Assembly: GCA_963932905.1 (NCBI GenBank)
Contig: CAWVRN010000011.1
Location: forward strand, 53,187 to 117,186
Source of the DNA: an uncultured Bdellovibrio sp.
Lineage (GTDB): Bacteria; Bdellovibrionota; Bdellovibrionia; Bdellovibrionales; Bdellovibrionaceae
DNA: 64,000 bases
Direction of reading: 5' to 3'
Below, in pieces: positions 19,131 to 28,400 of this stretch. The notes under the pieces are model-generated. The model saw only the letters and a list, made by a program, of their open reading frames with translations. It was not told where the DNA came from and ran no database searches. A program made the position numbers and the translations under genes. Every line of letters begins with the position of its first letter. The first letter of the stretch is position 1.

Positions 19131-20645
19131 ATGACCTACTTATTGCTGTTTTCCGTTTTTGTGGTGGCCACATGTGGCCTAGTTTACGAATTGATTACGG
19201 GTGCCTTAGCCAGTTATTTACTGGGGGACTCAGTCACGCAGTTTTCAACTATTATCGGAACCTATTTATTTGCAATGGGTGTGGGATCGTATTTTTCAAA
19301 ATATTTCACACGTAATTTGTTGAACGTATTTATTGAAATTGAAATGGTCATCGGACTGATTGGTGGTTTTTCTGCTGCATTTTTGTTTCTATCGTATGAA
19401 TATGCTGTTTCGTTTCGATTTATTCTGTACTCGGTGATTTTTATCATTGGCTGTTTTGTGGGGCTTGAAATTCCTTTGCTGATGAGGATTTTAAAAGATC
19501 GATTTGAATTCAAAGATTTAGTTTCAAAAATATTCACCTACGATTATATCGGGGCATTGATTGCTTCGATTTCGTTTCCATTGATATTGGTGCCTTATTT
19601 AGGGTTAGTGCGTTCGTCGTTGTTGTTCGGTATTTTCAACGTTGCCGTGGCCTTGGTTACGATCATTGTCTTTAAATCAGAAGTTAAATCTGAAAGGTAC
19701 TTGCGAATTAAAGCCATTGCGACTTTGGTTTTGTTAGTCCTGGCATTTGGTTATTCGGAAAGAATGGTTAGTTTCCTGGAAGTTCAAAATTATCGAGAAC
19801 GCATCGTTTTTAAAAAAAATACCGCGTATCAAAAAATCGTGCTGACTCAAACGTCGGGCGAAATGAAATTGTTCTTGAATGGTAATTTGCAATTCAGTTC
19901 GAAAGACGAATATCGGTATCATGAAAGTTTGGTTCATGTCGGGTTGTCTCGGTTGACTAGGCCTAAAAAAGTATTGATTTTGGGCGGTGGCGATGGGCTA
20001 GCTGCCAGGGAAGTACTTAAGTATCCTTCGGTCGAAAAAATCTTGTTGGTTGATCTGGATTCGCAGATGACCCATTTATTTCGTACAAATACAATCCTTA
20101 CGGAATTAAATAAGAACGCTTTGAATGATCCTAAAGTGGAAGTGTTGAATGAGGATGCGTTCGTTTGGGTAAAAAACAATAAGCAAATTTTCGACTTCGT
20201 TATCGTTGATTTTCCGGACCCATCACAATTTGCCCTAGGTAAACTGTATTCTAAAACTTTCTATGGCTATTTGACCTCTACGATCGATGCAGATGGTTTG
20301 ATTGCCGTCCAAAGCACATCGCCCTATGTAGCTAAAAACGCTTTTCAAATAATCGTGAATACCTTGAATGATGTAGCTTTGTATACGAAACCCTATCATG
20401 TTTACGTACCTTCATTTGGTGAGTGGGGTTACGTCCTCGCAGCCAAAGCTCCGATGGATGTTTCGGAAACTAAGTTGGCATTACCTGCGGGGTTACAATT
20501 TATTAGCCCAGAAATGATTCCGTATTTGTTTCAGTTCAGCAAAGATCTGATCGGTGATTCCAAAGAAGTAAATCGCTTAAATAATCAAATCTTAGTTCGT
20601 ACATTCGAGCAAGAATGGGAACCATTCAGTCACCATGAAAACTGA
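19131..20645 (+). CDS. speE: Membrane-bound polyamine aminopropyltransferase (spermidine synthase-like)
   Basis: Multi-TM N-terminus; LQFSSKDEYRYHE; LGGGDGLA; VDFPDP. Confidence 0.9.
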   Translation: MTYLLLFSVFVVATCGLVYELITGALASYLLGDSVTQFSTIIGTYLFAMGVGSYFSKYFTRNLLNVFIEIEMVIGLIGGFSAAFLFLSYEYAVSFRFILYSVIFIIGCFVGLEIPLLMRILKDRFEFKDLVSKIFTYDYIGALIASISFPLILVPYLGLVRSSLLFGIFNVAVALVTIIVFKSEVKSERYLRIKAIATLVLLVLAFGYSERMVSFLEVQNYRERIVFKKNTAYQKIVLTQTSGEMKLFLNGNLQFSSKDEYRYHESLVHVGLSRLTRPKKVLILGGGDGLAAREVLKYPSVEKILLVDLDSQMTHLFRTNTILTELNKNALNDPKVEVLNEDAFVWVKNNKQIFDFVIVDFPDPSQFALGKLYSKTFYGYLTSTIDADGLIAVQSTSPYVAKNAFQIIVNTLNDVALYTKPYHVYVPSFGEWGYVLAAKAPMDVSETKLALPAGLQFISPEMIPYLFQFSKDLIGDSKEVNRLNNQILVRTFEQEWEPFSHHEN

Positions 20646-22263
20646 TCGACGTGAATTTCTTAAATATGGTTTAATTACCTCCACAATTTTCTATGGTGGA
20701 ATTTTCGGTGTTAAGCAGTTTAAAAAATATCGCAAACACACTATTAACTATACTGGCCAGTGGGTGAATCAATCAGATCGCGGACACCAGCTGCGAGATG
20801 CTTTTAAGCAGACAACGACGTCTTCACTTGAAATTCCCACCCTGATTGTGGGTGGTGGAATGACCGGTTTACTGACAGGGTATTACCTGAAGCAGGCGGG
20901 ATTTAATAATTTTAAAATTCTAGAAATGAATTCAAATGCGGGCGGAAACTCGGCGTATGGGCAAAATGAGGTTTCTAAATTTCCTTGGGGCGCGCACTAC
21001 ATTCCTTTGCCGAATACAGAAAATAAGCAATTGTTAGAATTTTTTAAAGACATGGGGTTGGCATCCAATAAATCACCGGGTGGTGGGCTGGAATTCAACG
21101 AGGAATACCTTTGTCAGGATCCACAAGAGCGATTGTTTATTAAAGGGGAATGGCAGGAAAGTATCTTGCCTATGAAAGGCATCATGAAAGGCGATGAAGA
21201 CCAGCTAAAGCGATTTCATGATTTGGTATACGATTATAAATTTAAAAAGGGTAATGACGGCAAATATGCTTTTACTATTCCGCTGATGGAATCCAGCCAA
21301 GATCCGCAGTTTTTAAAGTTAGACCAAATTTCTTTCGCTGATTTTTTAAAGGATCAGGGATTCACTTCGGAGGTGGTCACTTGGTACATGAACTATTGCA
21401 CGTTAGATGATTATGGCATGGGAATCGATACGGCGTCGGCGTGGTCGGGACTGCACTATTTTTGTTCGCGTAGACCAAACGGGCAATATGACGATCATCA
21501 AATCATGACTTGGCCAGAAGGTAATGGTTGGGTTTTACAAAAATTGACAGAATATCTAAAGGACCATATTCAAACTAATTGCGCAGTGATGAAGATTCGT
21601 CCAGAAGGCGACGGCGTCATCAAATCGCATGTGTTTAATTTTGAAACTAAAGAATTGGCAGAGTGCAAATCAAAATACCTTATCTTTAGTAGTCCACAAT
21701 TTTTAGCACCGTACTTGTTTGAAGATGGGAAAAATCTACCCAATGTGACCAGTGATGACTATTACAGTTGGTTGATTGCCAATGTTACAGTGAAATTGAA
21801 ACCCGAAGAGTTTCAAAATTTGCATTGGGACAACGTGCGATATCAATCAAGTAGTTTGGGATACATACATGCTCGCCATCAAGAACTACGTGGCAGCTTC
21901 GATGGAACCACAGTATTAACACTATATTGGCCTTTGTATGATAAAAACCTAACGGCAACTGAAATAAGAAAGAAAGTATCTGAGTTAGGATGGAAGCAAT
22001 GGGCGCCGCGAGTAGAATCGGAATTAGAAGCCATGCACCCTGGAATTTCATCGTTGATTCAATCCATGGATATTAAAATATATGGCCATGCGATGATTGG
22101 TCCTCGTGTAGGAAGAATCAAATCTGTGTTCACGCAGTCGTGGAAGTCTCAGGCTAAACACGGGATATATTTTGCGCATACAGATAATTCGGGAATGTCG
22201 TTATTCGAAGAAGCCCATTACTGGGGACATCGAGTGGCTCAGGAAATTTTAAAGCATGGTTAA
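20635..22263 (+). CDS. FAD-dependent amine oxidase-like protein, Tat-like signal
   Basis: DRREFLK; IVGGGMTGL; PWGAHY; SLFEEA. Confidence 0.85.
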   Translation: MKTDRREFLKYGLITSTIFYGGIFGVKQFKKYRKHTINYTGQWVNQSDRGHQLRDAFKQTTTSSLEIPTLIVGGGMTGLLTGYYLKQAGFNNFKILEMNSNAGGNSAYGQNEVSKFPWGAHYIPLPNTENKQLLEFFKDMGLASNKSPGGGLEFNEEYLCQDPQERLFIKGEWQESILPMKGIMKGDEDQLKRFHDLVYDYKFKKGNDGKYAFTIPLMESSQDPQFLKLDQISFADFLKDQGFTSEVVTWYMNYCTLDDYGMGIDTASAWSGLHYFCSRRPNGQYDDHQIMTWPEGNGWVLQKLTEYLKDHIQTNCAVMKIRPEGDGVIKSHVFNFETKELAECKSKYLIFSSPQFLAPYLFEDGKNLPNVTSDDYYSWLIANVTVKLKPEEFQNLHWDNVRYQSSSLGYIHARHQELRGSFDGTTVLTLYWPLYDKNLTATEIRKKVSELGWKQWAPRVESELEAMHPGISSLIQSMDIKIYGHAMIGPRVGRIKSVFTQSWKSQAKHGIYFAHTDNSGMSLFEEAHYWGHRVAQEILKHG

Positions 22264-23332
22264 TGTCTGGATACGCAGTCGGAAATTTGATATTGCTTGG
22301 ATTATCGGTCCCCATTTTTATGCTGTGATTTTGGCGTTGTTTATTTATCCGGTCGTAAAAGATGTGCACCTGATGCCGATTTGGGTTTGGTTTACGCTCG
22401 TTGTGTGCGTGGATGTCGCCCACGTATACTCTACGATATTTCGAGTCTACTTAGATAAAAATGAAAAAAAATTATTTTCGATCCATATTTGGTTAATTCC
22501 TCTGACAGTTTGGTTTTTAGGAGTCTTGCTTTATTCACTGAGTTCCATAGTGTTTTGGCGAGTTTTAGCCTATCTAGCAGTGTTTCATTTTATTCGTCAG
22601 CAATATGGATTTTTTCGCATATACTCTAGATCAGAAGGTCGCACTTCGTGGTTAACGACGGTTTTTAATCGCTACGCGATTTACTATGTGACAGTGATTC
22701 CTGTATTGATTTGGCATTTCTCCGGACCTAAAGAATTTAATTGGTTTATTGACAAAGATTTTCTCTATTTCCCTTCTGATATTTTAGTAGTGGGGTTGAC
22801 CGCATTGTTAGCTTTTTTAGTGACGGGTTATATTATTTCTGAATGTGTGCAGACCTATCGGCACAAGCAATTCAACTGGGGCAAGAATGGAATTTATTCA
22901 GGAACGCTTCTGGTTTGGTATTTAGGAATTGTGTATTTTAATAATGACATTATTTTTACTTTAACAAATGTGTTAGCTCATGGAGTGCCGTATTTAGCTT
23001 TGATTTGGGTTTATAAAAATAAGAATCAATCCAGTTACGAAATTTCTTTTTTTAGACGCCACAGTTTTTTATTTTTTTTAGGCAGTTTAGTTTTTTTTGC
23101 CTACGTAGAAGAGTTCCTATGGGCCAGCTTAGTATGGAAAGAACATCTATCTGTATTCTTCTTACATCGCAGTCACCTGTTTGAGGTAAATCCGGTATTG
23201 TTATCTTATATAGTCCCACTACTAGCGGTACCACAAGGAACTCATTATATTTTGGATGCTTTTATTTGGAAAATTAGAGACAGTAAGCGAAATCAATGGG
23301 CGACGCTGCTTACGGAGGACCCCTATGTCTAA
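22256..23332 (+). CDS. Multi-TM His-motif membrane protein
   Basis: DVAHVYST, FHFIRQQYG, HGVPY, THYILDAFIW. Confidence 0.7.
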   Translation: MVNVWIRSRKFDIAWIIGPHFYAVILALFIYPVVKDVHLMPIWVWFTLVVCVDVAHVYSTIFRVYLDKNEKKLFSIHIWLIPLTVWFLGVLLYSLSSIVFWRVLAYLAVFHFIRQQYGFFRIYSRSEGRTSWLTTVFNRYAIYYVTVIPVLIWHFSGPKEFNWFIDKDFLYFPSDILVVGLTALLAFLVTGYIISECVQTYRHKQFNWGKNGIYSGTLLVWYLGIVYFNNDIIFTLTNVLAHGVPYLALIWVYKNKNQSSYEISFFRRHSFLFFLGSLVFFAYVEEFLWASLVWKEHLSVFFLHRSHLFEVNPVLLSYIVPLLAVPQGTHYILDAFIWKIRDSKRNQWATLLTEDPYV

Positions 23333-24065
23333 TGAAGAAAAAGTAAATGAGAAAATGGAAAAACTAGATTTGAAACTTCAATTGGTTCAGCAGACCTACA
23401 TTCAGAAAAAACTTAAAGCAATTTTAGTTCTTGAGGGTGTTGATGCCGCTGGCAAAGGTGGATTGATTCGTCGTTTGGCCTGGTCGATTGATCCACGAGC
23501 ATTGAAAGTGTGGCCTATAGGAGCTCCCAATTCGATAGAAAAAGATATGCACTATATGTGGCGATTTTGGTCAAAATTACCAGGACCCGGCGAAATTTCG
23601 GTATTTGATCGTTCTTGGTATGGTCGGGTTTTAGTTGAAAGTGTCGAAGGTATAACTAAAGGCAATGCCGTCTTGCGAGCCTATCAAGAAATTAATGAAT
23701 TCGAAAGGTGGATGATCGACGACAACGTTCGCATAGTTAAAGTCCTGCTTAAGATCAGCAAGAAAGAACAGTCGCGTCGACTTCTTGAACGTGTAGAAAA
23801 TCCAGAGAAAAATTGGAAGTTAACATTTGATGATATTCGTAATCGCAACAAGTGGGACGAATACGCGAAACTATATAAAAAGATGGTAACAAAGACCTCT
23901 AAGAAAAACGCAAAGTGGTTTGTTGTTGAATGCGATGAAAAAGAAGAGGCTCGGGTCATGGCACTTGAACATATCATCAAAGAATTATCACGAGGTGTTT
24001 CTGTTAAGCCCGAGGCTATCTCAGAAAAACTAAAACAAGGTGTTAAAGCACTAAAGAAGAAATAG
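23325..24065 (+). CDS. ppk2: Polyphosphate kinase 2 family protein
   Basis: EGVDAAGKGG, FDRSWYGRVLVE; ATG at 23325 with GGAGG RBS. Confidence 0.9.
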   Translation: MSNEEKVNEKMEKLDLKLQLVQQTYIQKKLKAILVLEGVDAAGKGGLIRRLAWSIDPRALKVWPIGAPNSIEKDMHYMWRFWSKLPGPGEISVFDRSWYGRVLVESVEGITKGNAVLRAYQEINEFERWMIDDNVRIVKVLLKISKKEQSRRLLERVENPEKNWKLTFDDIRNRNKWDEYAKLYKKMVTKTSKKNAKWFVVECDEKEEARVMALEHIIKELSRGVSVKPEAISEKLKQGVKALKKK

Positions 24066-24093
24066 TTTATAAAAAGGGGTCAGATATCAGAAT

Positions 24094-24131
24094 TTATACA
24101 TACACCCTCAATCTGAGGGCGTATGTATAAA
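24094..24131. terminator. Hairpin between convergent genes
   Basis: TTTATACATACACCCTCA-atc-TGAGGGCGTATGTATAAA. Confidence 0.65.
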
Positions 24132-24153
24132 AGAATTTTTTGAAAACTGTAAT

Positions 24154-24306
24154 TTATTGGCGTTTGCATGCGAAAACGGTGTCAGTTCCTTCGATAGAAA
24201 TACCAACGAAAGCGTTACCAGAATCTTTTGAATATTCCACGTAGATAGAATTTAAAGCGTCCATAGATAGCGATAGCAATAGTGCAAATGATAAAACAAT
24301 TTTCAC
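24154..24306 (-). CDS. Small secreted-type ORF (50 aa), possibly a remnant
   Basis: MKIVLSFALLLSLSMDALNSIYVEYSKDSGNAFVGISIEGTDTVFACKRQ directly after dps. Confidence 0.4.
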   Translation of the reverse strand: MKIVLSFALLLSLSMDALNSIYVEYSKDSGNAFVGISIEGTDTVFACKRQ

Positions 24307-24309
24307 AAC

Positions 24310-24786
24310 CTATTTCTCTGCCAATAATGAACGTAACATCCATGCTGTTTTTTCATGAATTTGCAGACGTTGAGTTAATAGATCTAATGTCGCCTCGTCA
24401 CTGCCAGCTTCAGCAACTGGAAAAATTGTACGTACAGTTTTAGCTACTGTTTCGTGTCCTTGAAGTAATTGTTTAATCATTTCCTTAGCGGCTAAATGGT
24501 CATCCGATTCCGGGATAGATGAAAGCTGCGCAAATTTTTTATAAGAACCGGGGGCGTAGCTGCCTAGTGCGCGGATGCGTTCCGCTATTAAATCTAACGC
24601 ATTCCATAGTTCAGTGTACTGATCCATGAACATTAAATGAAGAGTGTTGAACATCGGACCTTCTACGTTCCAATGAAAATTATGAGTTTTTAGATATAGG
24701 ATGTAGCTATCTGCTAGAAGTTTAGATAGACCATCTACGATTTTTTTACGATCAGCTTCGTTTATTCCGATTTCGATTGTATTCAT
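24310..24786 (-). CDS. dps: Dps DNA-protection ferritin-like protein
   Basis: [31 protein letters not shown]. Confidence 0.95.
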   Translation of the reverse strand: MNTIEIGINEADRKKIVDGLSKLLADSYILYLKTHNFHWNVEGPMFNTLHLMFMDQYTELWNALDLIAERIRALGSYAPGSYKKFAQLSSIPESDDHLAAKEMIKQLLQGHETVAKTVRTIFPVAEAGSDEATLDLLTQRLQIHEKTAWMLRSLLAEK

Positions 24787-24848
24787 TGTTCACTCCTAAA
24801 TTTTATGGTCCTGAGTGTAGACAATGAACACAAGGAGAGCAATTAAAA

Positions 24849-26141
24849 CTACGAGCTAAATTCTAAAACAAAAATAACGCCACCGTTACTACCATTTTTA
24901 GCAAAGATACGTCCATTTTGAAGCTCAGCATAAGTTTTAACAATGGATAACCCAAGACCGAACCCGTCTGGATGGGTTTGCTGCCTTGATTTTGAACTGC
25001 GATAGAACGGTTCAAAAATGTAGGGCAGATCGTCGACCGATATACCGGGTCCGTTATCTTTACATTGGATAACCAGATTTTGCGCATTTCTAAAGTATTC
25101 AAACTCAATGAGCACTTGTTTATTGCGTGTGTACTTAATCGAATTTTCAATCAGGTTTTTTAAAATGACTTCGGTTAATGTTGGGTCTAGTGGCCAGGTG
25201 ATCGAATCGTTGCCTGCAATTTTAATTTCGACGTCGGCGCTTTGATAGTAGTTTTGAAGTGATTTAAATAAATCACTCAGTTTAATGTCTTGTCTTGCTG
25301 CTTTAGATTTTTGTACGCGGTAGGATTCCAGTAAATCATGTATTAAACGATTCATTATTTGTGAATCTTTCTTTAAAGAGTCCTTTAATTTGGAATCGTC
25401 TAATAAATCGATAGCGACACCCATGCGAGTCAATGGACTGCGCAGTTCATGACTGACGTCACGAAGCAATCTATCTTTCGATAAGATAAATCTTTCTAGC
25501 TGGTCTGCCACAACATTGAATCGTTCCAAAATTCCAGAATATCTGCGCTTGTAGCGATCACTTAATCGATAACGTATGTTACCGCTGGCGATCTGTTCGA
25601 TTCCATAAAGCATAATACGAATGGGTTTCATAAAGAAATGGACGGAAACGAATGTCATGATAAAAATAGCCAATAGAAATCCAATCAGTCCTAAAAACGT
25701 CATTTGAAATCCTTTAGGCAAATCATGAGCTTTGATCATCCAGGCTACTCTAGGAGTCAATCCTTCATGTATAGCATAGAAATAACCTTGGCGACGACCC
25801 AAGGTAAAGCGGGGATAGAGTTCTTCAATTTCAGGTTTTAGTTCATCAATTGTCGGCAGCTGGCTTTGTTGGTGATTGGCTATCTGAACCTTGATTCCGA
25901 GTTTTTCCTCTAACGCGGAAATCTTGTCGGCAGTGAAATCAGGTCCAACGCTGTTGTGCAAAGATGTTAAATAGAAATCGATATTTTTTTCAACCACACT
26001 ATGAAAACCACCGGCGGGACGAAACGAGCGCATTAATAAAAATACGAGTCCACTGGCGACGATCGCCGTCAACAGAAACGAAAAAAATAATCGGATGAAT
26101 AGAAATGTAGGTCCACTTTTTAAACCTTTAAACGTTCTCAT
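24849..26141 (-). CDS. Sensor histidine kinase (CpxA-like, HAMP)
   Basis: Two TMs, SHELRSPL, DNGPG, GFGLGL. Confidence 0.9.
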   Translation of the reverse strand: MRTFKGLKSGPTFLFIRLFFSFLLTAIVASGLVFLLMRSFRPAGGFHSVVEKNIDFYLTSLHNSVGPDFTADKISALEEKLGIKVQIANHQQSQLPTIDELKPEIEELYPRFTLGRRQGYFYAIHEGLTPRVAWMIKAHDLPKGFQMTFLGLIGFLLAIFIMTFVSVHFFMKPIRIMLYGIEQIASGNIRYRLSDRYKRRYSGILERFNVVADQLERFILSKDRLLRDVSHELRSPLTRMGVAIDLLDDSKLKDSLKKDSQIMNRLIHDLLESYRVQKSKAARQDIKLSDLFKSLQNYYQSADVEIKIAGNDSITWPLDPTLTEVILKNLIENSIKYTRNKQVLIEFEYFRNAQNLVIQCKDNGPGISVDDLPYIFEPFYRSSKSRQQTHPDGFGLGLSIVKTYAELQNGRIFAKNGSNGGVIFVLEFSS

Positions 26142-26827
26142 GTTTCTTCCACCGATCCTAAAAAGCAGTACCCATCACCCCAAACAGTTTTCAAATATTT
26201 TGGATTCTTGGCCGAATCGCCTAGTTTATTACGCAAGCGACTAATAGCTACATCTAAACTGCGACTAATGGCTTCCCAATCAATACCACGCAATTCGTCC
26301 ATAATGCGATCGCGGGACATAGTAACGCCAGGATTTAACATAAATAGTTTTAAAATTTCGTATTCATAGGTACTTAAATTTAAATCTTCATTATTTAGGC
26401 GAGCCGAGCGATTGACGACATCTAATTCTAGTAGCTGCGATTTTAATTTGTAGTGATTTTTTTGCGTCCGTCTTGCTAAACCTTTTGCTCGAGCAACCAG
26501 TTCGCGTGGTTCAAATGGCTTTGGCAAATAATCTTCTGCACCCATTTCCAGACCGATGACTCGATCCATGACCTCGCCTCGTGCTGTTAACATGATGACA
26601 GGAGTTTGGTAAAGGGCGCGAATTTTTTTGAATGTTTCGAATCCGTCCATTTCGGGAAGCATAATATCAAGAATAATCACTTCAAATTTTTTGTTTTTAA
26701 GTAAAGCTAAACCTTCGCTGGGTTTCATTGCTTGAGTTAAGCTGAGACCGTATTTATTAAAGTAATCTTTAAGAAGATCACCCAAATGAGCGTCGTCATC
26801 TATCATTAAAACAGAAATGGTATCCAT
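26138..26827 (-). CDS. OmpR-family response regulator (CpxR-like)
   Basis: LDIMLP, KPFEPRELVAR, LKTVWGDGY; probable start MDTIS. Confidence 0.9.
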   Translation of the reverse strand: MDTISVLMIDDDAHLGDLLKDYFNKYGLSLTQAMKPSEGLALLKNKKFEVIILDIMLPEMDGFETFKKIRALYQTPVIMLTARGEVMDRVIGLEMGAEDYLPKPFEPRELVARAKGLARRTQKNHYKLKSQLLELDVVNRSARLNNEDLNLSTYEYEILKLFMLNPGVTMSRDRIMDELRGIDWEAISRSLDVAISRLRNKLGDSAKNPKYLKTVWGDGYCFLGSVEET

Positions 26828-26866
26828 AAAGCCATTATAAGCTATTTTATCCAAAATGGGAGGCTT

Positions 26867-26885
26867 GTTACAATTCGTTACAATT
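26867..26885. promoter_or_regulatory. Tandem direct repeat, putative OmpR-family binding site
   Basis: GTTACAATT-c-GTTACAATT (10-bp period) between the divergent regulator and Spy-like gene. Confidence 0.6.
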
Positions 26886-26989
26886 TTTAATCTTTCAGAA
26901 ACCCTTTTGTTTTCCGAATCCACTATTCTGACTTTATAACAACGACCCTAGGTCAAACAACAGCTAGGGCGTAACTTAAAAAGGAGTTA

Positions 26990-27430
26990 GTGATGTTTGG
27001 AAGAAGATTTAAAAAAAGACGTATTGTGGGGATTGCCATTGCATTGATAGGTATGGGTGCTTTAACGGCGTGTCATTCCCGTTCACCCGAAGCCAAAATA
27101 GACCACGTGGCTTCAAGGGTCGCAAGCAAGCTAGACTTTACTGCTGAACAAAAAGTTCTGTTGGATGATATTGCAAATGAAATAAAAAAAGATATTCAAT
27201 CAGAAAAAGAGGTTCGGCAATCGATGAAAAGCGAGTTTAGATCATGGATTTTATCTAGTGAGTTAGACAAAACTAAAGTCAAAGAAACGATTAAATCCAA
27301 AATGGATAGAATGGAGAATCGGGTCGATAAATATTTAGATAAAGTAGCAGCTCTGCATAAGACCCTGAATGCAGAACAAAAGGAAGAATTACTAGGTTTC
27401 TTGGATAAATTTGGACCACATAACGACTAA
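26990..27430 (+). CDS. Spy/CpxP-family lipoprotein
   Basis: LTAC lipobox; LDFTAEQK and LNAEQK motifs; divergent from the two-component genes. Confidence 0.75.
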   Translation: MMFGRRFKKRRIVGIAIALIGMGALTACHSRSPEAKIDHVASRVASKLDFTAEQKVLLDDIANEIKKDIQSEKEVRQSMKSEFRSWILSSELDKTKVKETIKSKMDRMENRVDKYLDKVAALHKTLNAEQKEELLGFLDKFGPHND

Positions 27431-27443
27431 ACAAATTCATCAT

Positions 27444-27480
27444 AGGCGAGAGCGTTGAAGCGCTCTCGCCTGACTTTTTT
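27444..27480 (+). terminator. Intrinsic terminator
   Basis: AGGCGAGAGCG...CGCTCTCGCCT then T6. Confidence 0.75.
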
Positions 27481-27486
27481 AATCAT

Positions 27487-27654
27487 TTAAAGTTTCTTGA
27501 AAAGAGCTGCGGTCGTTATAATTTTTTCGCTGCTAACTTTAACTACTTTTTGCGTGTTGAATTCTTGTTCACAGGCACTCATCGCAAAAATTATAACGAT
27601 TGCAAAAATTCCATCACAGAGTAAACCTTTACCAGTTCTCATACGTTTTTTCAT
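27487..27654 (-). CDS. Small putative lipoprotein (55 aa)
   Basis: MKKRMRTGKGLLCDGIFAIVIIFAMSAC...; starts 3 nt after the hemerythrin stop. Confidence 0.45.
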   Translation of the reverse strand: MKKRMRTGKGLLCDGIFAIVIIFAMSACEQEFNTQKVVKVSSEKIITTAALFKKL

Positions 27655-27657
27655 GAC

Positions 27658-28158
27658 TCAACTCCAGCGAGGAGATTCAGTCACAAGCTCCTCATCGTAG
27701 GCAAAAGCGTCAGAATCATGATAGTGCGATTCATAACGTAAGAACAGTTCAGCATCTGTATCAGAATCAAGGTGTCGTTTTAAATAAGGGAACACTTCGT
27801 TTTCTTCCTCATCCAAATGTTGTCCTACAATATCAGCTAAAACTTTAGCGCTGGCGGACCATTCTTGGTTAGTCAGATTTTCAGATAGCATGTCTTCAAT
27901 TAATTGATCAACAATCGCATGTTTGGTTTGTCCTTCATATGCCATGAAGTTTAGGTTTTCATCGTCTTGAGCTTTCATAAAGCTGTACACAACTTTTTCT
28001 TCACGTTGAGTGTGTGAAAGCAATAGTGGCAAAAAACGACCAAAGCAAAGTTGTCTATCAAGTTGGGCAATGTCTGTTTCTTTCAACAGGTTCATTTCTG
28101 CTCTTAATTTTTTATGGTCAGCTTTGATGGCCTCTACCAATTGCGACGAGAAAAACAT
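27658..28158 (-). CDS. Hemerythrin (HHE) domain protein
   Basis: DH, HTQREE, HLDEEENEVFP; GGAGG RBS. Confidence 0.85.
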   Translation of the reverse strand: MFFSSQLVEAIKADHKKLRAEMNLLKETDIAQLDRQLCFGRFLPLLLSHTQREEKVVYSFMKAQDDENLNFMAYEGQTKHAIVDQLIEDMLSENLTNQEWSASAKVLADIVGQHLDEEENEVFPYLKRHLDSDTDAELFLRYESHYHDSDAFAYDEELVTESPRWS

Positions 28159-28206
28159 AAAACCTCCGTGTTGTTGTTCCTCAGTGAGTCGGTACATATA
28201 AGTAAT

Positions 28207-28223
28207 ATGCAATGCAAAGGCCA
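28207..28223 (-). promoter_or_regulatory. Sigma-54 -24/-12 promoter
   Basis: TGGCCTTTGCATTGCA (GG-N10-GC); TTTTGCCCCA boxes at 28270 and 28290. Confidence 0.7.
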
Positions 28224-28400
28224 CTCATCTAAAAGAAAATTGTTAAATAAGAGTGAAGCTTTACAAATGTTTTGCCCCACATTAAGGAATTTTGCCCCAT
28301 AATTTCTGTTTAAATTTATATTCTTGTGAGAATCAAAAACAGTGTTTTACCTTTGAAGTATAAGCTTTAAATTGAGGGATTTATTAATAGTAAAAAAACG

